A stretch of 50,939 bases of DNA from Bacillales bacterium (GTDB lineage Bacteria > Bacillota_I > Bacilli_A > RF39 > UBA660): assembly GCA_016291995.1 (NCBI GenBank), contig JAEEZV010000044.1, positions 1-50,939 of the forward strand, written 5' to 3'. The notes beneath the pieces were generated by a model, which saw only the letters and a program-made list of their open reading frames with translations, ran no database searches and was not told the origin of the DNA. Both the position numbers and the translations under genes were made by a program. This document shows, one piece after another, positions 37,116 to 43,563 of the stretch. How positions within the stretch are numbered: position 1 is the first letter of the stretch; every line of letters starts with the position of its first letter.

Positions 37116-37580
37116 ATGAAAGATATAGGTTTAAAACTAAAAGAAAAAAGGGAAGAAAACGGCGTCTCGGTAGAAGAAGCTGCTGAAGACCTTAAGATGA
37201 GACCAAGTCAAATCATTAGCTTAGAGGACGGGAAGAAAGAAGACTTTAAAGATGTACTTTCTTTAAAATACTTTATTCGTGATTATGCAAAATATTTAGG
37301 ACTAGATGGAGAAAAAATGGTTGATGAATTCAATGAATTTTTGTTTGATTATACTTCAAAGATTCCGATTAATGAGATAGAGAAGGCAAAAGAAAAAAAT
37401 AAAACAGAAAAAGAATTTGCATCACCATATACGAAAGCGAAGAAAAGTAATAATGGGAAGACAGTATTAATTGTAAGCGTTCTACTTGTTTTAGTATTTG
37501 TATGTGTATACTTTGTTGTAAGTCATATTACAAGAAGTGATTTTAGAGATGATAATATAACATATGTTATAAGGAGGTAA
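37116..37580 (+). CDS. RodZ-like HTH membrane protein (short form)
   Basis: N-terminal XRE-type HTH (IGLKLKEKREENGVSVEEAAEDLKMRPSQIISLEDG), YFIRDYAKYLGLD and a single TM segment. There is almost no extracellular domain. Its position upstream of pgsA matches ymfM/rodZ. Confidence 0.65.
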   Translation: MKDIGLKLKEKREENGVSVEEAAEDLKMRPSQIISLEDGKKEDFKDVLSLKYFIRDYAKYLGLDGEKMVDEFNEFLFDYTSKIPINEIEKAKEKNKTEKEFASPYTKAKKSNNGKTVLIVSVLLVLVFVCVYFVVSHITRSDFRDDNITYVIRR

Positions 37581-37582
37581 CA

Positions 37583-38182
37583 ATGAATTTAGCTAACAAA
37601 ATAACTGTGTCAAGGATAATACTTTCAATTATTATTTTGATTATACTACTATTTCCTTGGCATCAAGTAGGCATTGATATGCCAACATATTTAGTGAAAG
37701 GAAACATAGTCGTAGATCTTAAGTACATAATTGCAGGTGTGTTATTTATAATTGCATCTCTAACTGATTTCTTTGATGGAAGAATAGCTAGAAAATACAA
37801 TATGGTAACTGATTTTGGTAAGATGGTAGATGCTATTAGTGATAAACTTTTAACTAATACATTAATTATCGTACTTGCTTGTGCTAATTTAGTACATCCA
37901 GTTATAGCTGTAATTATTATCGGTAGAGATATAATTGTCGATTCAATTAAGATGCTTATCGGTAATAAAGGTAAAGCAGTAGCTGCTATTGGTGTTGCTA
38001 AAGTTAAAACAGCATCACTTATGTGTGGTTTAACATTAAAGTTATTTTATGATATGCCATTCTCACTAGTATTACCACAAGTAAGAATATCTGATTATTT
38101 ACTTATTTTAGCTGCAGTATTATCAATTGTATCTGGTGCTAAATATTATATGATGGCTAAAGATTATATAACAGAAAAATAA
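37583..38182 (+). CDS. pgsA: CDP-diacylglycerol--glycerol-3-phosphate 3-phosphatidyltransferase
   Basis: CDP-alcohol phosphatidyltransferase motif DFFDGRIARKYNMVTDFGKMVDAISDK. Confidence 0.9.
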   Translation: MNLANKITVSRIILSIIILIILLFPWHQVGIDMPTYLVKGNIVVDLKYIIAGVLFIIASLTDFFDGRIARKYNMVTDFGKMVDAISDKLLTNTLIIVLACANLVHPVIAVIIIGRDIIVDSIKMLIGNKGKAVAAIGVAKVKTASLMCGLTLKLFYDMPFSLVLPQVRISDYLLILAAVLSIVSGAKYYMMAKDYITEK

Positions 38183-38207
38183 CAGAGTTTACACTCTGTT
38201 TTTTTTA
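38182..38207 (+). terminator. Intrinsic terminator of pgsA
   Basis: ACAGAGT-ttac-ACTCTGT followed by T9. Confidence 0.8.
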
Positions 38208-38263
38208 TTGCCTAATATTCTGTTAACCCTTATAAAATAACGGTTAACTTTTGAAAATAGCAT

Positions 38264-38292
38264 TTACATTTCGACAATTTTATGATTATATT
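38264..38292 (+). promoter_or_regulatory. Putative promoter of the small-peptide (toxin-like) transcript
   Basis: TTACAT, 17 bp, TATATT. The predicted start near 38298 coincides with the first base of the left helix arm. Confidence 0.4.
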
Positions 38293-38297
38293 TTAGT

Positions 38298-38327
38298 GAG
38301 TATTTAAGTAGTTAGTGTCTGCCTCAC
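38298..38327 (+). repeat. Left arm of a long inverted repeat (5' arm of the predicted mRNA clamp)
   Basis: GAGTATTTAAGTAGTTAGTGTCTGCCTCAC is complementary to 38492-38522. The four substitutions are all transitions that give G-U pairs in + strand RNA, and there is one 1-nt bulge. Confidence 0.7.
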
Positions 38328-38362
38328 TTTCATTCTGATGAATAGAGAGGAGGCTTGATAGA

Positions 38363-38455
38363 ATGAAAAAAAGAATTTTTGTGGTAAAAATTCTCAAGTA
38401 CATTACTATCATTTTGTCACTTTTATTAGCGATAATAATAGTTATAAAAAAATGA
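38363..38455 (+). CDS. Unannotated 30-aa hydrophobic peptide, candidate type I toxin
   Basis: MKKRIFVVKILKYITIILSLLLAIIIVIKK. The SD GAGAGGAGG (38345-38353) lies 9 nt upstream of the ATG. It has a single TM-length hydrophobic core with Lys/Arg at both ends. It is below the length cut-off of the ORF track. Confidence 0.5.
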   Translation: MKKRIFVVKILKYITIILSLLLAIIIVIKK

Positions 38456-38480
38456 CACTAGTCATAATCGACTAATGTCA
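38446..38480 (-). terminator. Minus-strand intrinsic terminator inside the intergenic locus
   Basis: On the minus strand: UGACAUUAGUC-gauuau-GACUAGUGUCA followed by U7. The single non-Watson-Crick position is G-U on the minus-strand RNA but C-A on the plus strand, and no U-run follows it on the plus strand. Confidence 0.6.
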
Positions 38481-38491
38481 ACCCACAATTT

Positions 38492-38522
38492 GTGAGGCAG
38501 ACATTTAATTATTTAAATGCTC
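38492..38522 (+). repeat. Right arm of the long inverted repeat (3' arm of the predicted mRNA clamp)
   Basis: GTGAGGCAGACATTTAATTATTTAAATGCTC, followed by TAATTTTTATTAT. Together with the left arm it could act as the + strand transcript end. Confidence 0.7.
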
Positions 38523-38558
38523 TAATTTTTATTATATGAGAGTTCCCTCAACACATAC

Positions 38559-38587
38559 ATTATATAATAAAAATATGAATTATTCAA
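38559..38587 (-). promoter_or_regulatory. Minus-strand promoter for the candidate antisense RNA
   Basis: Read on the minus strand: TTGAAT (38587-38582), 17 bp, TATAAT (38564-38559). No minus-strand ORF lies downstream. Confidence 0.5.
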
Positions 38588-38614
38588 TATTTAGTAGATA
38601 TTTCTTTAAAAAAT

Positions 38615-38623
38615 TGGTATAAT
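38615..38623 (+). promoter_or_regulatory. Extended -10 element (TGgTATAAT) upstream of 38647
   Basis: TG at 38615-38616 and TATAAT at 38618-38623, followed by AGAGGAAGAG and the ATG at 38647. Confidence 0.5.
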
Positions 38624-38646
38624 TTAATTAGAAATAGAGGAAGAGT

Positions 38647-39765
38647 ATGGAAAATAAAAAGAAATATATATTCATGATTATTATAATGATGATTGCTGTT
38701 ATTCTAGTTGGTACGTATGCGTGGCTTACTTATAGGACTAATGATACGGCAATGGTACTTACAATCGGAGATATTCGTAGTGTACAAGTTACATTATCGC
38801 CATATCAAATAAAAGGCACTTTAGATGAAGTAACAACATATACTAGTGGTAAACTAACTGAGGTTGAAGCAGTCAATAATAGTACTGAATCTAAGAAATT
38901 TAAATTATATTATCAAATTAATAGTATCGATGCTTCTTTAGCTACATCTAGTTTAAAATACAAAGTTATGAGAAGTACCAATGGTTCGACATATTCAGAT
39001 TATAAGAATGGGACATTTAGTGGTACATATGCTGGTAGTAATCTTACTATTATGGAAGAAACTTTACCAGCAGGCCCTAATCTTACTTATATGTATAAAG
39101 TATATTTATGGTTAAATAGTGGAAGTAGTGGAGCTAGTGGTACGTTTGATGGAGAACTTAGAGCAGATATTGTTAATTTGCCATCACAATATCAACATGT
39201 TGAGTACATACAATTTAGTGGTACACAATATATTGATACTGGTGTATTGACAAATCAAAATCTTGAACTTGAATGTGATTTTTCTACGACGACGGCAAGT
39301 AAATTACTCTTTGGTGCAAGGGGGTCAACTTCAGCTAATGGTCTTGTTTTTGGATATTTTTCAACTACAGGTTCATATGTTGGCTTTGGTAGAGCATCTA
39401 CGAATTACTCTACGACAATGAATTTACTTAATGGTAACAGGCATATCGTTAACCTAAGTAATAGTATTTATAAAATCGATGGAGTCAATCAAACGATAAA
39501 TAATAGGGGAACATTATCGCAGTACTATAATATATATTTGGGAACTTGGAATACAGCAAATGTAGCCGATGATCGTCGTTATGTAGGCAAAGTATATAGT
39601 TTTAAGATATCTAATAATGGTGTATTAGTAAGAAATTATGTGCCATGTTACGATAAAAATCAACCAATAACCGGTGGTTATAAAGCAGGATTTTGTGATC
39701 TTGTAAGCAATACATTTTTTGGTAATTCTGGTACTGGAGAATTCACATATGGTAATGCAATTTAA
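38647..39765 (+). CDS. Secreted or anchored protein with a TasA/camelysin-type (SipW-cognate-like) N-terminus and a C-terminal lectin / tail-fibre-like module
   Basis: The N-terminus KKKYIFMIIIMMIAVILVGTYAWLTYRTND resembles the GTYAYF(T/S)D class of signal peptides. The C-terminal half begins LPSQYQHVEYIQFSGTQYIDTG and ends VPCYDKNQ...GFCDLVSNTFFGNSGTGEFTYG, a module I recognise from phage or surface proteins of unknown function. Confidence 0.55.
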   Translation: MENKKKYIFMIIIMMIAVILVGTYAWLTYRTNDTAMVLTIGDIRSVQVTLSPYQIKGTLDEVTTYTSGKLTEVEAVNNSTESKKFKLYYQINSIDASLATSSLKYKVMRSTNGSTYSDYKNGTFSGTYAGSNLTIMEETLPAGPNLTYMYKVYLWLNSGSSGASGTFDGELRADIVNLPSQYQHVEYIQFSGTQYIDTGVLTNQNLELECDFSTTTASKLLFGARGSTSANGLVFGYFSTTGSYVGFGRASTNYSTTMNLLNGNRHIVNLSNSIYKIDGVNQTINNRGTLSQYYNIYLGTWNTANVADDRRYVGKVYSFKISNNGVLVRNYVPCYDKNQPITGGYKAGFCDLVSNTFFGNSGTGEFTYGNAI

Positions 39766-39791
39766 AGATGGATTTTATCCATCTTTTTTTT
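39764..39791 (+). terminator. Intrinsic terminator
   Basis: AAAGATGGAT-ttt-ATCCATCTTT followed by a T-run. Confidence 0.8.
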
Positions 39792-39792
39792 C

Positions 39793-39821
39793 TTTACTGT
39801 GGTTAAATTTTATGGTAAAAT
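39793..39821 (+). promoter_or_regulatory. Promoter of the second amidase gene
   Basis: TTTACT, 17 bp, TGgTAAAAT, followed by GGAGAG and the ATG at 39847. Confidence 0.5.
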
Positions 39822-39846
39822 TAACTTAGACTAGGAGAGTATTGTT

Positions 39847-41475
39847 ATGAAGAAAATATATTATGTATCGATAGCATTAATAGTCATGATTGTAAGTTTT
39901 CTTGGAATAACTTACTCTTTTGAGTACCCAAATGATGGTGGTATTGTTTTTGAAATAATAGGACCAGATCATTTATATGTTGATGTAGGTAGTGAATATG
40001 AGGAGTATGGTATTAAGGCAACATATAATGGGAGTGATATTAGTAATAGGATATCTATAGATAGTAGTCTTCTTGATATGAATACTTTAGGTGAATATAA
40101 TGTAAAGTATCAATTTGGGGATGAATATGTATATAGAAAGGTAATTGTTATAGATAAGGAAGCACCTGTTATTACTTTATATGGGGGAAGCGAAGTAAAT
40201 ATTTTAATGGGTGGAAAATATGAAGAAGCTGGATATTTAGTTACCGATAATTATGATAAGGATTTATCTGAATCTGTTAAGGTAAGTGGTAGTGTTGATA
40301 TCAATAAAGAGGGGGAATATACACTTACTTATAGTGTTACTGATAGTAGTGGAAATACGGGTAGTGTAAGTAGAAAGATAATAGTTAAAAAGGCAGTAAT
40401 TACTCTTAGTAATAGTTTTAATAGGGTTAGTCCATATTCATATAATGTTAGTTTATATAGTAATACGATAGTTAAAAATAATTTTAATTCTAATGGGATA
40501 TATTTGGAAGGTTATGTTAGAAATAAGGCAGATAGTTATAAGTTAAAACTTAAAAATGATAGAACAGAATATGTATTTAATATGAGTGCTAGTGGCAATT
40601 ATTATAAGGGTAATATAAATCTAGTTAATGTTACTAATGGGGAATATATGTTATATGTTATTGGTAATAGTGAAGAGAGAGTTATTAGTAAGTTAGATAT
40701 ATATTCTAAAATAATTAGAAGTCATGTTGGTAATAAATTAGTGACAGTATCATATGATAATGATTTAGTAAGTATTAAGATAGAAGATTTTCTCTATCAA
40801 TATGATGTTGTTATTGATCCAGGACATGGGGGAAGTGATCCTGGAGCAGGTAATGGATTAGCAGCTGAAATCAATCTTAATTTAAGGGTATCAAAGTACG
40901 AAAAGTGTCGATATGAGTCAATGGGATATAGGGTATATATGACAAGATATGATAATAGTGCAGGAGAGATGCTTGGTAATAGTGGACTTGATCCACTCGA
41001 TAGAAGAGGGCTTACTATTGGATACTACGGTGCTGTTTCTAAAGTTGTTTATAGTAATCATCATAATGCATCTAGTGATAGATCTTATCATGGATTTGAG
41101 ATATTAGTTCCTAACCAAGCTAGCAGTGAATTGCTTAGTCCAGAACTAGCTATTTATAAACGTTTTATGGATTATTATAAGATTAATGATTCTTATTATC
41201 GAATATATTCGAAAAACTATGATACGAGTCAGATGTATAATAAGGCAAATGGGGAAGTTTATGGATATAAGAATTACTATTCAGTAATTAGAATTCCATA
41301 TGAACTTTATAATGTTAAGATGGTAATATATGAACCAATATACCTAAGTAATGCTAATGATTATAACTGGTATTATGCTAGTGGTAATTGGGTAAAAGTA
41401 TCAGAACTTAAAATACAAGAGTATGTTAAGTATATGGGTGGAAATTACATACCTGATAATAGTATGTGTTTATAA
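39847..41475 (+). CDS. Membrane-anchored N-acetylmuramoyl-L-alanine amidase (Amidase_3) with a DUF5011-type Ig-like domain, paralog 2
   Basis: The architecture matches 2689-4323: TM segment, APVITLYGGSEVNILMGGKYEEAGYLVTDN...GEYTLTYSVTDSSGN, IDPGHGGSDPGAG and YSNHHNAS. The C-terminus YIPDNSMCL matches YNPDNSSCL in the paralog. Confidence 0.8.
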   Translation: MKKIYYVSIALIVMIVSFLGITYSFEYPNDGGIVFEIIGPDHLYVDVGSEYEEYGIKATYNGSDISNRISIDSSLLDMNTLGEYNVKYQFGDEYVYRKVIVIDKEAPVITLYGGSEVNILMGGKYEEAGYLVTDNYDKDLSESVKVSGSVDINKEGEYTLTYSVTDSSGNTGSVSRKIIVKKAVITLSNSFNRVSPYSYNVSLYSNTIVKNNFNSNGIYLEGYVRNKADSYKLKLKNDRTEYVFNMSASGNYYKGNINLVNVTNGEYMLYVIGNSEERVISKLDIYSKIIRSHVGNKLVTVSYDNDLVSIKIEDFLYQYDVVIDPGHGGSDPGAGNGLAAEINLNLRVSKYEKCRYESMGYRVYMTRYDNSAGEMLGNSGLDPLDRRGLTIGYYGAVSKVVYSNHHNASSDRSYHGFEILVPNQASSELLSPELAIYKRFMDYYKINDSYYRIYSKNYDTSQMYNKANGEVYGYKNYYSVIRIPYELYNVKMVIYEPIYLSNANDYNWYYASGNWVKVSELKIQEYVKYMGGNYIPDNSMCL

Positions 41476-41476
41476 G

Positions 41477-41505
41477 TTGAATAGAAAGGTATTTTTTGGT
41501 ATAAT
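41477..41505 (+). promoter_or_regulatory. Promoter of the tandem LtaS-like genes
   Basis: TTGAAT, 17 bp, TGgTATAAT. This rules out the track's TTG start at 41506 and supports the ATG at 41527, preceded by GAGGTG. Confidence 0.6.
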
Positions 41506-41526
41506 TTGAATGTTGAGGTGTGGTAT

Positions 41527-43551
41527 ATGGAGAAGTACAAAAAGATAAAAGCAGCCGTTAAAAAGAAAATAGATGTTAAAAAGATACTTAGTAATGCTAA
41601 GCATTATTGTAAGACTAATATATTAGCATTTACTTTTTTGGCTGTAGGACTTTTAAATGGTATTTTGCTTAGATGTTTTACAGTTAAGAATTACTTTAAT
41701 TTTAAACCAATTCTTGGTGATATGGTTGTTTTACTTGTGGTTATTATTTTTGGATATTTAGTTAAGCCAAAACATAGATTTAGATACTTTTTGGGATTTA
41801 CCATACTATTTAGTTTTATATGTATAGTTAATTTTATATATTATTTTAACTATATATCATTTGTATCTTTATCACTTCTTAAGACTTCATCAGAGTTAAA
41901 GGGATATGCAGGAGCTGTTACGACATTATTAGAAATTAAAGACTTATTATTTTTAATACCAATAATAGTTCTTATTATTGTAAATAAGAAATTGGTTAAG
42001 AAGAAATATTATGATAAAGTAGCTAAGAGAGAGATGCCTAAATCAAGGATGCTTATTGGGGCTATAATATGTGGAATAGTAACATTAATATTTATGTCTA
42101 CGTTGACATCAAAAGATTTTAGTAGACTTCATAAGCAATGGGATAGAAGATATACGGTTATGGAATTTGGAGTATATATCTATCAAATAAATGATTTGAT
42201 ATCAACTATTAGAACTAATTTAACAGTGTTAGTTGATTCAGATAAGGCATATCAGGAATTTGTTGATTTCTATGATAATAGGGAAGATACAAATAAAGAA
42301 AATAAATATACGAATATATTTAAGGGTAAAAATGTATTGGTAATTCATGGTGAGAGTATTCAAGGATTTACAATGAATCTTAAATTTAATGGTGAAGAAC
42401 TTACACCAAATATTAATAAGATGGCTAAGGAAGGATTATATTTTTCTAACTTCTATACACAAGAGAGTATTGGTAATAGTAGTGATAGTGAATTTACGTT
42501 ACTTACATCTTTATTACCGGTATATTCTGGAACAGTATTTGTAAATTATTTTGATAGGACATATACATCATTACCAGGACTTCTTAGAGATAATGGCTAT
42601 TATACTTTTAGTATGCACGCAAACGTAGCAAGTGCTTGGAATAGGGCTAATGCATATAAGTATTTGGGATATGATCATTTTTATGCATATGAAGATGCAT
42701 ATGAAATAGATGAGGTTTTAGGACTTGGATTGTCTGATAAATCATTCTTTAGACAATCTACCGATATAATCGATGAGATTGAAAAGAATAATGGTAATTT
42801 TTATGGTACACTTATCATGCTTACTAATCATACACCATTTACTTCTTTAGTTGGTACGGAATATAATGATGATTATTTGGTTGACTTAAAAGGAGAAACT
42901 GAGAAAGACGAAAACATTCCATATTTGGAAGGTACAAAGATGGGTAATTATCTTAAGAGTGTAAATTATGCAGATAGTGCTATTGGAGAATTGCTTAGTG
43001 AATTAGATGAAAGAGGACTACTAGATAATACGGTAATAGTATTATATGGTGATCATGATAGTAAGATAAAGAAGAGTGAATTTGAAAGACTATATTATAG
43101 TGAATATATTGATCAAGTGTTAATAGATCCAAGTAAGAAAATGGAAGTTGTAGATAATTATACTTATGAGATTAATCGTAAGGTACCATTTATTATTTGG
43201 ACTAAGAATGGTAAATACAGAGCTGAAGTAAATAAAGTCATGGGAATGGTAGATGTTATGCCTACTTTAGGTAATATGTTAGGAGTTAAAAACAAATATG
43301 CTCTTGGACACGATATATTTAGTGTAGATGAGAATATTGTAATATTCCCGGATGGTAACTATATTACGGATGAAGTATATTACGATGCTAGTAAAGATGA
43401 ATATTTACAGCTTAATTTGAATTCACCAATTAGTTTGGATTATTTGATTAATTATCAAGAATATGCAAGTAAAGTAGTATCAGTATCAAATAAGATTATC
43501 ATTCATGATTTGATTAAAAAACAACAAACATTAGATGCTGAACTTAATTAA
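41527..43551 (+). CDS. LTA synthase (LtaS) family protein, copy 1
   Basis: About 5 N-terminal TM segments plus an extracellular sulfatase/alkaline-phosphatase-fold domain. Motifs GNSSDSEFT, LTNHTPF and LYGDHDS. Confidence 0.8.
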   Translation: MEKYKKIKAAVKKKIDVKKILSNAKHYCKTNILAFTFLAVGLLNGILLRCFTVKNYFNFKPILGDMVVLLVVIIFGYLVKPKHRFRYFLGFTILFSFICIVNFIYYFNYISFVSLSLLKTSSELKGYAGAVTTLLEIKDLLFLIPIIVLIIVNKKLVKKKYYDKVAKREMPKSRMLIGAIICGIVTLIFMSTLTSKDFSRLHKQWDRRYTVMEFGVYIYQINDLISTIRTNLTVLVDSDKAYQEFVDFYDNREDTNKENKYTNIFKGKNVLVIHGESIQGFTMNLKFNGEELTPNINKMAKEGLYFSNFYTQESIGNSSDSEFTLLTSLLPVYSGTVFVNYFDRTYTSLPGLLRDNGYYTFSMHANVASAWNRANAYKYLGYDHFYAYEDAYEIDEVLGLGLSDKSFFRQSTDIIDEIEKNNGNFYGTLIMLTNHTPFTSLVGTEYNDDYLVDLKGETEKDENIPYLEGTKMGNYLKSVNYADSAIGELLSELDERGLLDNTVIVLYGDHDSKIKKSEFERLYYSEYIDQVLIDPSKKMEVVDNYTYEINRKVPFIIWTKNGKYRAEVNKVMGMVDVMPTLGNMLGVKNKYALGHDIFSVDENIVIFPDGNYITDEVYYDASKDEYLQLNLNSPISLDYLINYQEYASKVVSVSNKIIIHDLIKKQQTLDAELN

Positions 43552-43563
43552 GGGGATGAGAAA

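Larger units (their letters stand above)
38446..38552 (-). ncRNA. Candidate cis-antisense sRNA (antitoxin-like) convergent with the peptide gene
   Basis: It is bounded by a minus-strand promoter (38559-38587) and a minus-strand intrinsic terminator (38446-38480). It is fully complementary to the peptide mRNA's last codons and 3' UTR, including the right helix arm. The ends are predicted, not measured. Confidence 0.4.

Noticed and set aside
38222-38248. Small inverted repeat GTTAACC-N13-GGTTAAC just after the pgsA terminator.
   Set aside because: It has only a 7-bp stem containing a self-palindromic HpaI-like site, has no U-run, and no clear relation to the flanking signals. It could be chance in AT-rich DNA.
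38453-38480. The hairpin after the 30-aa ORF stop, considered as a + strand terminator.
   Set aside because: On the + strand it has a C-A mismatch and is followed by ACCCACAA rather than a U-run. It fits far better as the minus-strand terminator, with a G-U pair and U7.
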